Below, piece by piece: positions 18,975 through 29,025 of a stretch of DNA of 64,000 nucleotides. A program made the translations under genes and the position numbers. The notes under the pieces are model-generated. The model was not told where the DNA came from. It was given only the letters and a program-made list of their open reading frames with translations, and made no database searches. The first letter of the stretch is position 1, and each line of letters opens with the position of its first letter. Source of the DNA: an uncultured Candidatus Saccharibacteria bacterium (GTDB lineage Bacteria > Patescibacteriota > Minisyncoccia > Phycocordibacterales > PALSA-1337); NCBI GenBank assembly GCA_964646515.1, contig CAZYES010000001.1, positions 7,582 to 71,581 of the forward strand, in the 5' to 3' direction.

Positions 18975-20426
18975 ATGAAATTAGACAAATCTTTTTTTGG
19001 AAAGGAATTCAAGTATATTCTCATTCTTACTATTTTGGCCTGGATGGTTTATTCATTGCCACAAGTCAAGGAGTCTATGAGTAGACCGGTTGTTAGCGAT
19101 CCTGCCACAAGCAGTGTGGCGGCAGTAGGAGCGACTTCTGTGGCAACATGCCCCGGGGGATATATCTGTATACCTATTTCTCGGGCCAATAGTTATTGTC
19201 CAGCAGGATATACATGTACTCAAACGGCGACTACTTCACAGCCGTATATTAGTCTGAACGCTTCCTCGACCAATATCGGTCTAGGCCAATCTACAGTCGT
19301 ATTTTGGTCTACGAACAATGTGACCAATTGTGTCGGCACACAGGATGGCGGTGACGAGAAAGTGCCAGCCATATTCAGTGCTCCAGCCACAAGGGGCTCA
19401 TTTACTGTTACTCCATCACAAAGTGTCACTTATACATTGGCATGTTCTTTTGGGACAGTAGGTAAGATGTCAAAGAGTGTGACCATAAATGTGGGGCAAT
19501 ATCAATCATCTTGGCCAAGTTCTATTTCTGCGACTATAAATAGTGCGACTCCACTCAAGGGTCTTGTTCAAATATCAGAAACAGTGCCTACTTCCAATGT
19601 GTCATTGATGGTCTTCAATTTGAAATCGACGAACGGAACATCAACGCTTCGACAGATTAAGCTAAGTGTACAGATGAGCACATCTTCTCCCGATGCACGT
19701 TTATTTAACAACATGAAACTTAAGGCAGGTGGCAATATTTACTCGGCATTTTATATATATGAGCATAATAATATTGCAGATGTTGTATTCTCTGATATGT
19801 CAATAACATTGCCAAGCAATGCCACTGTCGCATTTATCTTAACTGCCGACATAGCTGCGGATTTACAGCGCAGGTTTGACGGTGTTGGTATTCGTGCGTA
19901 TCTTCAAGCAGATAAATCAAGTATATATGCCGAATATGGTGCTCGACAGTTACCAGTAAATATGGCGAATATTACAGGGAATACTCTTACACTTGTTAGT
20001 AATTCTCCTATCGTTAGTAATTTGTCGACCTTGTATGGCGTTCCCACTACTAACGGATATGGCTCTACTACCCAAAAATTTTCTTTCCGCTTTGCGATCA
20101 CGGCTAATGCAGATCCGATCTATTTGTCGAGATCATTGAATAGCGCTATTAGTACTTCAACTGTGCCCAATCCTAGTAATATATTTATTTCCCCTATCAG
20201 CTTTTCTGATACTGATGCGAGTGGCGATGGCCCAGGATATTTATATATTGCTCCTGGCCAAACGAAGACCTTCACTGCTATCTACTCAGGTTCTGGTCAG
20301 AGTTCAGCAGTTGGTACGTTCAACGTAAGTGCTATCAACTACGGAACGTCATCAGATGCTCTTACCTCGGCATCTATAACTTCGTCGCAGATCACCAACG
20401 GATTAAAAGCAGTCTTGTTTCATTAG
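18975..20426 (+). CDS. secreted/membrane-anchored hypothetical protein with CPxGYxC double motif (paralog of the 62234 ORF)
   Basis: N-terminal TM, CPGGYICIP...CPAGYTCTQ, and Ser/Thr-rich beta-rich repeats. VSLMVFNLKSTNGTSTLRQIKLS aligns with ELTMQAFDLKSTTGASKVTKICAS of the 62234 ORF. Confidence 0.6.
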   Translation: MKLDKSFFGKEFKYILILTILAWMVYSLPQVKESMSRPVVSDPATSSVAAVGATSVATCPGGYICIPISRANSYCPAGYTCTQTATTSQPYISLNASSTNIGLGQSTVVFWSTNNVTNCVGTQDGGDEKVPAIFSAPATRGSFTVTPSQSVTYTLACSFGTVGKMSKSVTINVGQYQSSWPSSISATINSATPLKGLVQISETVPTSNVSLMVFNLKSTNGTSTLRQIKLSVQMSTSSPDARLFNNMKLKAGGNIYSAFYIYEHNNIADVVFSDMSITLPSNATVAFILTADIAADLQRRFDGVGIRAYLQADKSSIYAEYGARQLPVNMANITGNTLTLVSNSPIVSNLSTLYGVPTTNGYGSTTQKFSFRFAITANADPIYLSRSLNSAISTSTVPNPSNIFISPISFSDTDASGDGPGYLYIAPGQTKTFTAIYSGSGQSSAVGTFNVSAINYGTSSDALTSASITSSQITNGLKAVLFH

Positions 20427-20458
20427 TTATTAATTATTAGTCACGGTAATAACGAACA

Positions 20459-20492
20459 AAATGCCTCTTTCAGGGGCATTTTGTCTATTTGA
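20459..20492 (+). terminator. rho-independent terminator
   Basis: AATGCCTCT-ttc-AGGGGCATT followed by a T-rich tract. Confidence 0.6.
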
Positions 20493-20718
20493 GGGAAAAT
20501 TTGCGACTTTTTTGACTCTGTGCTAGTCTAGTTGGTACGCGCTATCCTGCGTTTTCATATTGTTCTTCATCAGTCAATTAACTTGAAATGATGGAGGAAT
20601 GTGGAGGTAACTATTAATAATTTATCCCCTTTTTGGGCATGTATCGTTAGTGTTCATACGCACAAGCATTAACGATAATGTCCAAGGACTGGGGCAATAA
20701 AATAATAACAAAAATATT

Positions 20719-21906
20719 ATGGCAGCAGAATTCAATCGTTCCAAGCCACATGTCAATGTAGGCACAATTGGTCACATTGACCACGGCAAATCTACTTTGA
20801 CCGCCGCTATTTTGGCTGTTCAAGCCAAAAAGGGGTTGGCCAAGATGAAAGCTTACGCGGATATTACCAAAGGTGGTACTGTACGCGATGCTACAAAGAC
20901 CGTTACTATTTCTCTCTCACACGTCGAGTATGAGAGTCCAAATCGTCACTATGCGCATATCGATTGTCCAGGGCACGCTGATTTTATAAAAAACATGATT
21001 ACTGGTGCCGCTCAGATGGACGGTGCCATCCTCGTAGTTTCTGCTACTGACGGTGTTATGCCACAGACTCGCGAACATGTACTTTTGGCTTTTCAAGTCG
21101 GAGTACCAAAGATCATTGTATTTTTGAACAAGTGTGATCTCGTTCCAGAAACCGATCTTATCGATCTCGTAGAGGAAGAAGTGCGTGAACTTCTCACCAA
21201 AAATAAGTTCGATGGAAAGAATACCCCGGTTATTAGAGGCTCGGCTTCCAAGGCTCTCGAGGGTGATGCGACTTGGTCTACCAAGATAGACGAACTCATG
21301 AATGCTCTCGATACCTATATTCCTACCCCCGTACGTGAAGTTGATAAACCTTTCCTTATGCCGATCGAAGACATCTTTTCTATCGAAGGTCGTGGGACAG
21401 TTGTCACCGGTCGCATCGAACGTGGCAGTATCAAACTCAATGACGAAGTAGAGATTGTCGGGTTCAAAGATACTACCAAGACAGTTGTCACTGGCATAGA
21501 AATGTTCAACAAATCTCTAAAGGAAGGTATGGCAGGGGATAATGCTGGTCTACTTCTCCGTGGTACAGCCAAGGATGCTGTCTCTCGCGGGCAAGTTCTC
21601 TCAAAACCAGGTTCAGTAAAACCGCATAGCGAGTTTGAGTCTGAAGTTTATGTTTTGAAGAAAGAAGAGGGCGGACGCCATACGCCGTTCTTTACTGGCT
21701 ATAAACCGCAGTTTTATATTCGTACTACTGATGTAACTGGTGAGGTGACTCTTCCTGAGAAAGTAGAAATGGTCATGCCTGGGGATACAGTTACGTTCAA
21801 GGTGAAATTGGTTGCTCCAGTTGCCCTAGAAGCACAACAGCGTTTTGCCGTTCGTGAAGGAGGCAAGACAGTCGGTGCCGGTGTCGTGACTAAGGTTATT
21901 GCCTAG
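20719..21906 (+). CDS. tuf: elongation factor Tu
   Basis: [21 protein letters not shown], and full EF-Tu length. Confidence 0.95.
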   Translation: MAAEFNRSKPHVNVGTIGHIDHGKSTLTAAILAVQAKKGLAKMKAYADITKGGTVRDATKTVTISLSHVEYESPNRHYAHIDCPGHADFIKNMITGAAQMDGAILVVSATDGVMPQTREHVLLAFQVGVPKIIVFLNKCDLVPETDLIDLVEEEVRELLTKNKFDGKNTPVIRGSASKALEGDATWSTKIDELMNALDTYIPTPVREVDKPFLMPIEDIFSIEGRGTVVTGRIERGSIKLNDEVEIVGFKDTTKTVVTGIEMFNKSLKEGMAGDNAGLLLRGTAKDAVSRGQVLSKPGSVKPHSEFESEVYVLKKEEGGRHTPFFTGYKPQFYIRTTDVTGEVTLPEKVEMVMPGDTVTFKVKLVAPVALEAQQRFAVREGGKTVGAGVVTKVIA

Positions 21907-21987
21907 TTGCATTTGTCATTATCGTTAGCTCTAAATTCATACAGGCTCGGAAGCAAAGTCATGTAACAAAAGCCAGTCTTTGCTTCC

Positions 21988-22401
21988 ATGATAATGATAA
22001 GAAAAAATATGTCGACAACAAAAACAACAATCAAAAAAGACACAACTTCAAAGGCCAAATCGCCACGTGTCCGCAAAGCCAAGGTATCGGGCGAAGTACC
22101 GCATCTTCGTATCCGCGTGCGTGCATATGAGCACAAGATTCTCGACGCATCGCTCAAGCAAATCATGGATACCGCCAATCGCTATGATGCGGAGATCCAT
22201 GGTCCGGTGCCACTGCCGACGGAGATCAAGAAGTATACTGTCAATCGTTCTTCGTTTATTGACAAAAATTCTCGCGAGCAATTTGAGATGAGAGTACATA
22301 AACGACTGATCGATATTATCAATCCAAATGCCAAAGTTATCGAAGCGCTTACCAACATGAGCTTGCCGTCGGGAGTGAATATCGATGTAAAGATGATGTA
22401 A
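21988..22401 (+). CDS. rpsJ: 30S ribosomal protein S10 with N-terminal Lys/Thr-rich extension
   Basis: The IRVRAYEHKILD...GPVPLPT core is uS10. About 35 extra N-terminal residues are lysine/threonine-rich; the start may be the internal Met. Confidence 0.85.
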   Translation: MIMIRKNMSTTKTTIKKDTTSKAKSPRVRKAKVSGEVPHLRIRVRAYEHKILDASLKQIMDTANRYDAEIHGPVPLPTEIKKYTVNRSSFIDKNSREQFEMRVHKRLIDIINPNAKVIEALTNMSLPSGVNIDVKMM

Positions 22402-22402
22402 T

Positions 22403-23032
22403 ATGAAATTCATTTTAGGTAGAAAGCTGAATATGACACAGATTTTTGATGCTTCTGGAAAAGCTATTCCGGCCACGGTTGTTTCTGCGCAGGGGAATGT
22501 GGTGACCCAGGTCAAATCAAAAGAGGTTGATGGTTATGAGGCTATTCAAGTAGGTGAGGGATCTATCAATCCGGGTCGTATTAACAAGGCTCAAAAGGGG
22601 CACATGAAAGAACTCGGTTCATTTTCTTCACTCTGCGAATTTCGTACGGATGGTTGTGAGACATCGACCGAGGCCAAACCACTTTTCAAAGTCGGTGACA
22701 AAATAGACGTCTCCCAATTCAAAGTTGGCGATACTGTTACAATTAGGGCCGTGTCCAAGGGCAAAGGGTTTCAAGGTGTTGTGAAGAGACACGGTTTTGG
22801 TGGTGGTCCCAGATCTCACGGTCAGAAACATTCCGAGCGCGAGCCGGGCTCTATTGGTGGCGGTCTTCGTACGCATGTGCCTGTAGGTATGCGCATGGCG
22901 GGTAGGATGGGTAGCGATCGTGTGACCGTTGCCAATCTCAAGATTGCGCATATAGACCAAGAAGAAAATGTCATATATGTTTCCGGTGCCATTCCTGGAA
23001 AAAGGGGAACGTTGGTAGAAATTATAGGATAA
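22403..23032 (+). CDS. rplC: 50S ribosomal protein L3
   Basis: uL3 family similarity (GRKLNMTQIFD..., FKVGD, GKGFQGVVKRHGF). Confidence 0.9.
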   Translation: MKFILGRKLNMTQIFDASGKAIPATVVSAQGNVVTQVKSKEVDGYEAIQVGEGSINPGRINKAQKGHMKELGSFSSLCEFRTDGCETSTEAKPLFKVGDKIDVSQFKVGDTVTIRAVSKGKGFQGVVKRHGFGGGPRSHGQKHSEREPGSIGGGLRTHVPVGMRMAGRMGSDRVTVANLKIAHIDQEENVIYVSGAIPGKRGTLVEIIG

Positions 23033-23040
23033 CAATAAAT

Positions 23041-24567
23041 ATGCGACGATTTAATGTTAAAAAGTTTATAAAAAACAAGTACTTTATTGGTGCGTTTGTT
23101 ATTGCTGTTATAGTTATTTGTTTTGTTTTTTGTAAGGGTGATTCTTCGTTGGGCTTCGAATTTGCAAAAGTGAAAACGGGTGATGTTGTCCAGAAAATTA
23201 GCGTTACTGGTAGAATTTTGGCTATGAATAACGCTGACTTGGCTTTTGGTAAATCCGGTATCGTTGCCATAGTTAACGTAAAAGTAGGTGATCATGTGAA
23301 AAAGGGAGAAGTTATTGCTTCATTGGATAGTTCTTCCGATAGGGCCAATCTAGCTTCTGCTCAAGCCAAACTTGATGATATGACGCGTAGTTTGAGGCCA
23401 GAGGAATCGCAAGTTGAGCAATCAAAAGTTGATCTTGCCAAAGTAGTACTTGATAATGCCAAGAGAGATGCTCTAGATGCTGTACGCGCAGGTTATGCTC
23501 AAGCGATGAATGCGGTTAATAATTATGTTGATAATTTTTTTACCAATCCTCAAAGCGTCAATCCCACGGTCAATATTTATACGCAATCTGATAATGAGAA
23601 AAATTCAGTTTCCTTAAAACGCATTGTAGTATCCGAATCTTTTGTTAAATGGAAAAAGGCTATTGATGTAACGACTAGTACAGATAACGTGTCCGATTTG
23701 GTCTCGCAGGCTAGTGGATATCTAGACCGTGTCAAGGATCTGATGGACACTATGTCTGTCGTGATCAGCAACTTAAATCCCGGCAATTCTGGCTTAGTCC
23801 AATCAGCGATCGATATGCATGTCTCCAATATGAATTCTGGTTTAATTGCCTTAAATCAAGCTATTACTTCTGTTTCTAGTGCTAGGGCGGAATTAGAGAG
23901 CGCTTCTTCTAGTTATGATCAAGCCAATGACAATTACACATTGAAGCTAGCGGGTAATTCTTCAGACTCCATCAAGGCTCAGTCTGCTTCATTAGATTCG
24001 TTCAGAGCAGAGTTAAATAAAGGCGTGATTTTTGCCCCCTTTGATGGGATTATTACGCGTGTTGAACCTACTATAGGTGAATTTGCCTCTTTGGGCCAGA
24101 CAGCGTTCAGTATCATTGAAGATAATGGTTACAAAATTGAAGCTTTTGTACCAGAGGCTGACATTGCCAAGATCAATTTGAACGATCTGGCCTCTACGAC
24201 TCTTGATGCTTACGGCCAGAATGTTGATTTTCCCTCGGTAGTTACCACGATTGATCCAGCAGAAACTATTCTTGAGGGAGTGCCTACATATAAAGTGACA
24301 TTGAGATTTATAGAAAGCGATTCTCGTCTTCGCCCGGGGATGACTGCTAATTTGGAGATTTTAACCGATGAACGTAGTAATGTGCTTATAGTTCCAGCGC
24401 GTGCGGTAGTCGATGACGATGGTTCCAAGACCGTACGTGTTTTGAACTCTGATGGTAAGACTTTCACCCCTGTTTCGGTGAGGGTTGGATTAAAGGGTTC
24501 AGACGGTGTGATTGAAATTATTTCTGGTGTCTCGGAGGGCGAAGAAGTAGTGACCTATATCAAATAA
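23041..24567 (+). CDS. HlyD-family periplasmic adaptor (MacA-like membrane fusion protein)
   Basis: N-terminal TM, biotin-lipoyl-like hairpin domain (VKVGDHVKKGEVIASLD), a long coiled-coil, and a C-terminal beta-barrel. Confidence 0.75.
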   Translation: MRRFNVKKFIKNKYFIGAFVIAVIVICFVFCKGDSSLGFEFAKVKTGDVVQKISVTGRILAMNNADLAFGKSGIVAIVNVKVGDHVKKGEVIASLDSSSDRANLASAQAKLDDMTRSLRPEESQVEQSKVDLAKVVLDNAKRDALDAVRAGYAQAMNAVNNYVDNFFTNPQSVNPTVNIYTQSDNEKNSVSLKRIVVSESFVKWKKAIDVTTSTDNVSDLVSQASGYLDRVKDLMDTMSVVISNLNPGNSGLVQSAIDMHVSNMNSGLIALNQAITSVSSARAELESASSSYDQANDNYTLKLAGNSSDSIKAQSASLDSFRAELNKGVIFAPFDGIITRVEPTIGEFASLGQTAFSIIEDNGYKIEAFVPEADIAKINLNDLASTTLDAYGQNVDFPSVVTTIDPAETILEGVPTYKVTLRFIESDSRLRPGMTANLEILTDERSNVLIVPARAVVDDDGSKTVRVLNSDGKTFTPVSVRVGLKGSDGVIEIISGVSEGEEVVTYIK

Positions 24568-24651
24568 ATGGTTTTGAAGACGTAATTACTCTGGGAAGGC
24601 CCCAATCGGGGGATATGGTATGGGTATTTCTGTCAAAATCCAATTAGCATT

Positions 24652-25368
24652 ATGAATATAATTGAAGTCACTAAATTAAAAAAATCATATCGCGATGGTT
24701 CCGATACTGTTGCCTTAGATGGCGTCACATTTTCCGTTAGAAAGGGTGAGTTTATGGCTATCATGGGACCATCTGGCAGTGGCAAGTCTACACTTTTGCA
24801 TATTCTTGGGCTTTTAGATTTACCAACTGGTGGGCAATATGTTTTTGATGGCAGGAATATTTCCACATATTCTGATTATGAACTAGCCAATTTGCGTAAT
24901 CGTAAGATTGGCTTTGTTTTTCAGATGTTCAATCTTTTACCACGTACATCCGTTTTGGCGAATGTAAAATTGCCTCTATACTATTCAGCTGTACCTGAAA
25001 GCGAGTGGGATGATAGGGCCAGAAAAGCGATAGAAGATGTGGGTCTTGGTCATCGTCTAGGCCATCAACCCTCTGAGCTTTCTGGTGGTGAAAGGCAACG
25101 TGTGGCAATAGCTAGGGCTTTGGTTACTAATCCGGAGATTATTTTTGCCGATGAGCCCACTGGCAATCTCGATTCCAAGTCAGGGAAGAAGGTTATGAGT
25201 ATCATTCAACATTTGAACGAAGAATATGGGAAAACCATTATTCTCATTACCCACGAGACTTCAACGGCTGAACATTCCGAACGGATTATTCGTCTATTAG
25301 ATGGTCAGATAGAGAGTGATGTCAAAGTGGCAAAGAGGCTGTCCGCTAGTGATGAGTTTGTGAAATGA
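24652..25368 (+). CDS. ABC transporter ATP-binding protein (MacB/LolD-type)
   Basis: Walker [13 protein letters not shown] signature [15 protein letters not shown], Walker B IIFADEPT. Confidence 0.9.
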   Translation: MNIIEVTKLKKSYRDGSDTVALDGVTFSVRKGEFMAIMGPSGSGKSTLLHILGLLDLPTGGQYVFDGRNISTYSDYELANLRNRKIGFVFQMFNLLPRTSVLANVKLPLYYSAVPESEWDDRARKAIEDVGLGHRLGHQPSELSGGERQRVAIARALVTNPEIIFADEPTGNLDSKSGKKVMSIIQHLNEEYGKTIILITHETSTAEHSERIIRLLDGQIESDVKVAKRLSASDEFVK

Positions 25369-25404
25369 TAAAATTACAACGTATAGTCTAATAATCAAGA
25401 AAAA

Positions 25405-26640
25405 ATGACTTGGCGACATCTGTTCAAAACTTCATTAAAGGGACTTACTACCAATAGATCCAGATCTTCTCTTACTATTCTTGGTATAGTTATTGGTATT
25501 ACGGCGATAATACTAGTGGTATCTTTGGGTGCTGGTGCCAAGGCGTTGATCTTGGGACAAGTACAGGGACTGGGCACGAATACGATTGCCATAATTCCTG
25601 GCAGGGAACCGACGGGGATGTCGGACATTTCTTCTTTATTCGGCGATTCATTGAAGGAAAAAGATTTGGTAGCACTTCGCAATAGGGCCAATGTTCCTGG
25701 ATTGAAGTCGATTATGCCAACGGTTATGGGGGCAGGTTCAGCCTCTTATGGTTCCAACACTTATCAAGTTTCAGTTTTCGGAGGCACCGAATTGTTGGCG
25801 GAGATCTTTGATTTGCACCCTAAGGGAGAATTTTTCACTACGGACGATGTTATCTCTAAGAATGACGTTGTAGTTTTGGGGTCAAAAATTAATGAAAAAC
25901 TTTTCAATTATGATAATGCCGTCGGACAGAAGTTAAAAATAAAGAACCGCAATTTCAAAGTCGTGGGTGTTCTGCCGGCCACTGGAGGTGGATCGCTTTT
26001 TAATTTTGATGATATGGTTCTGATGCCATATACTACCGCGCAAGATTATATTTTTGGGCAGAAATATTTCAGCAGGTTAATTATCCAAGCGATAGATGAC
26101 GCATCTGTGAAAGCTACGACTTATGATATTGAAGTAACACTTCGTGAATCTCACGGTATTACTGATCCTGACAAAGATGATTTCACAGTGCAGACTCAAC
26201 AAGATTTGGCAGATCGACTTTCAACTATTACTAATATCTTGACTTACTTTTTGGTAGCGGTGGCTTCAATCGCTCTTTTCGTGGGCGGTGTTGGTATCAT
26301 GAACATCATGCTTGTGGCTGTGACCGAGCGTACGCGCGAAATCGGTTTACGCAAAGCCTTGGGCGCAACAGATAAGGATATTTTAAAACAATTTCTTTTA
26401 GAGGCGGTTCTTTTGACAATCATTGGTGGCATTATAGGCATAGTTCTCGGTGCGTCCCTAGCATTTTTAACTGCTATAATATTATCTAAAGGTCTTAGTG
26501 TTAATTGGCAATTTATTTTTCCATGGGGCGGTGCGGCTCTCGGTTTTTGTGTCTCTGCAATAATTGGTCTTGTTTTTGGCGGTTATCCCGCTAAACAAGC
26601 TTCAAAGAAAAGCCCTATTGAAGCACTACGATATGAATAG
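25405..26640 (+). CDS. ABC transporter permease with periplasmic MacB_PCD and FtsX domain
   Basis: N-terminal TM, a large periplasmic domain, and a C-terminal FtsX-like 3-TM bundle. Confidence 0.8.
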   Translation: MTWRHLFKTSLKGLTTNRSRSSLTILGIVIGITAIILVVSLGAGAKALILGQVQGLGTNTIAIIPGREPTGMSDISSLFGDSLKEKDLVALRNRANVPGLKSIMPTVMGAGSASYGSNTYQVSVFGGTELLAEIFDLHPKGEFFTTDDVISKNDVVVLGSKINEKLFNYDNAVGQKLKIKNRNFKVVGVLPATGGGSLFNFDDMVLMPYTTAQDYIFGQKYFSRLIIQAIDDASVKATTYDIEVTLRESHGITDPDKDDFTVQTQQDLADRLSTITNILTYFLVAVASIALFVGGVGIMNIMLVAVTERTREIGLRKALGATDKDILKQFLLEAVLLTIIGGIIGIVLGASLAFLTAIILSKGLSVNWQFIFPWGGAALGFCVSAIIGLVFGGYPAKQASKKSPIEALRYE

Positions 26641-26833
26641 CAGTGTTTATTGGGATGTGTCTATTTATGGTAGTTTGATTTGAATAAGGGGCTAGAATCT
26701 CTCGAGAGATTTTGTTATTATTGATTAGCTGGGATGTATATAGGCATTTGACTTCGAGGGGTTGCTTTGTTAGCATACCCCATAAGCTCCGCGGAGCTTA
26801 TTTTCTTCATTTTCTCGTAAATTTTTTAATATA

Positions 26834-27184
26834 ATGCCACGATCACTAAAAAAAGGGCCATATCTTGATGAGAATCTTTTGAAGAAGATTTCTGGCAAAA
26901 AGCCTGCAACAACTGGTACCATCAAGACCTGGGCGCGTCGTTCACAAATATCGCCGGAAATGGTCGGCTTTACCTTTGGTGTACACAATGGCAAGACGCA
27001 TATAGATGTATTTATAACCGAGGACATGGTTGGGCACCGCCTCGGTGAATTTTCGCCAACTAGAAAGTTCTTGCGTCATGGAGGCAAGATGCAGAAGGAG
27101 ATCGAAATGAAGGCCAAAGAAGCTGAAATGGCCGCGGCCAAATCTGCAAAAGAAGCCGCAACTGCTGTAGCTACCAAAAAATAA
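26834..27184 (+). CDS. rpsS: 30S ribosomal protein S19 with C-terminal Ala/Lys-rich extension
   Basis: [10 protein letters not shown]...[13 protein letters not shown] uS19 core, plus a ~30-aa extension. Confidence 0.9.
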   Translation: MPRSLKKGPYLDENLLKKISGKKPATTGTIKTWARRSQISPEMVGFTFGVHNGKTHIDVFITEDMVGHRLGEFSPTRKFLRHGGKMQKEIEMKAKEAEMAAAKSAKEAATAVATKK

Positions 27185-27193
27185 TTTACTTTT

Positions 27194-27607
27194 ATGATAA
27201 CCGCTTCACTCAAAAACTATAGGATCTCGCCCAGAAAGGTTCGTTTGGTTGCGGATATGATTCGTGGTAAAAATGTTGTGGAAGCCAAAGATATCCTTGG
27301 TCATGTTATCAAAAGAGCCAAGCACCCCATATCTAATCTTCTCGATTCTGCTGTTGCCAATGCTTCTCACAATCACAAGATAGACAAAGAGACTCTTTTT
27401 GTAAAGGAGATCCGTGTAGATCAAGGTTATGTTTTGAAACGTAGTCAACCAATGGCAAGAGGATCAGCTTTCCCAATCAAAAAGAGAACAAGCCACGTTG
27501 TTATTGTTTTGTCTCCGAAGTTGGATAATGCAAAGGTGGTGAAGTCATCCAAAGTCAAGAAATCGGTAGACAAGAAAGACAATAAAAAGACAACAGCTGT
27601 TAAATAA
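27194..27607 (+). CDS. rplV: 50S ribosomal protein L22 with Lys-rich C-terminal tail
   Basis: uL22 core (ISPRKVRLVADMIRGK). Confidence 0.85.
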   Translation: MITASLKNYRISPRKVRLVADMIRGKNVVEAKDILGHVIKRAKHPISNLLDSAVANASHNHKIDKETLFVKEIRVDQGYVLKRSQPMARGSAFPIKKRTSHVVIVLSPKLDNAKVVKSSKVKKSVDKKDNKKTTAVK

Positions 27608-27616
27608 TATATTCAC

Positions 27617-28291
27617 ATGTCCCACACCGTTCACCCATATTCACATAGGCTAGGAGTTATACGCGATTGGAAAAGTCGTTGGTTTAACACCGACCGAGAT
27701 TATCGCAAAGCTCTCAAGGGCGATTTGCTCATTCGTGAATTCTTACAAAAAGAACTTCGTTCCAATTATATTGGCGGGCTAGATATTGAGCGTAATCAAA
27801 AAACCTTAAAGGTAATTGTAAAGACTTCTCGACCGGGTATGCTTATTGGTAAAGCTGGTGATGGGGTGACCAAGCTCCGTGCCAAAATACTAAAACTTTT
27901 GAATAACAACAAGATCAAACTTGATGGGCAAGAGCTCAAAGTTGAGATCGAAGAAGTGCGTAGCCCAGAGTCAAATGCCATGATAGTGGGCATGATGGTT
28001 GCCGAATCATTGGAAAAACGTCTACCATTCCGACGCGTCATGAAACAGACGATAGAAAAAGTCATGGCCAACAAAGATGTCAAAGGGGTTCGTATCCGTC
28101 TGGGTGGCCGTCTCGGAGGTGCCGAGATCGCTCGTAGCGAAGAGTTGAAAAAAGGCCAAATTCCTTTGCAAACGTTACGCGCTGATATAGATTTTGCTCG
28201 TGAGAAAGCACATATGACCTATGGTGATATTGGCATAAAGGTTTGGATTTATAGGGGTGAGATTTTTAAAAAAGACGTAAAAAGTAATTAA
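27617..28291 (+). CDS. rpsC: 30S ribosomal protein S3
   Basis: KH domain and uS3 C-terminal domain (GGRLGGAEIAR). Confidence 0.9.
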   Translation: MSHTVHPYSHRLGVIRDWKSRWFNTDRDYRKALKGDLLIREFLQKELRSNYIGGLDIERNQKTLKVIVKTSRPGMLIGKAGDGVTKLRAKILKLLNNNKIKLDGQELKVEIEEVRSPESNAMIVGMMVAESLEKRLPFRRVMKQTIEKVMANKDVKGVRIRLGGRLGGAEIARSEELKKGQIPLQTLRADIDFAREKAHMTYGDIGIKVWIYRGEIFKKDVKSN

Positions 28292-28309
28292 TTCCATACT
28301 TCCAATACC

Positions 28310-28732
28310 ATGCTATTTCCAAAGAAAGTAAAACATCGCAAGTGGTTTACCATGCGTATGCATCCAGAAAAGGAAGCGTCACATTGCGATACCCGAGGCG
28401 TTGATTTGGCCTTTGGTTCTTTTGGTCTGAAAGCAATGAAGTATGGTCGTATTACTTCCAACCAAATTGAGGCCGCCAGGAAAGTCATGGCTCGTTATGC
28501 CACAAAATCTGGCAAGGTGTGGGTTAGGATTTTCCCAGATCATCCCTTTACGCAAAAGCCGGCAGAAGTAAAAATGGGCAAGGGCAAGGGTGATCCTGTT
28601 GGATTTATTGCCGAGGTCAAACCGGGGCGTATTGTTTTTGAGATTGATGGCGTTGAGCAAAAGATCGCTTCGGAGGCTCTCAGGAAGGCTGGCACAAAAT
28701 TACCTATCAAAACAAAAGTAGTCAGTCGATAA
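28310..28732 (+). CDS. rplP: 50S ribosomal protein L16
   Basis: uL16 family similarity ([11 protein letters not shown]..., KMGKGKG). Confidence 0.9.
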   Translation: MLFPKKVKHRKWFTMRMHPEKEASHCDTRGVDLAFGSFGLKAMKYGRITSNQIEAARKVMARYATKSGKVWVRIFPDHPFTQKPAEVKMGKGKGDPVGFIAEVKPGRIVFEIDGVEQKIASEALRKAGTKLPIKTKVVSR

Positions 28733-28759
28733 TAGGTATACAGAAATACTTTTATTAAC

Positions 28760-28957
28760 ATGAAAATGAAAGAAATTACAAATAAAACTACGACAGATTT
28801 GAGTAAGCTTATTTCCGAAAAACGTGAAGCTCTCAGGGTTTTTCGTTTTGGTGGGGCAGGAGCAAAGACCAAGAACGTGAAAGAGGGCCGCGCGATCAAA
28901 AAAGATATAGCAAGAATGATGACGGCGTTAACAGATAAAAAACATAGGGGCGAGTAA
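28760..28957 (+). CDS. rpmC: 50S ribosomal protein L29
   Basis: Size, position and a helical Lys-rich sequence typical of uL29. Confidence 0.7.
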   Translation: MKMKEITNKTTTDLSKLISEKREALRVFRFGGAGAKTKNVKEGRAIKKDIARMMTALTDKKHRGE

Positions 28958-29025
28958 TCTTTGTATATGATCCAAAATACGAATCCTCGACAAATTGTAG
29001 TAATTCAAGTAATATCACCAATCAC

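Noticed and set aside
22048-22515. 155-aa minus-strand ORF and 22067-22291 plus-frame ORF
   Set aside because: They overlap the rpsJ and rplC coding sequences in other frames, so they are spurious.
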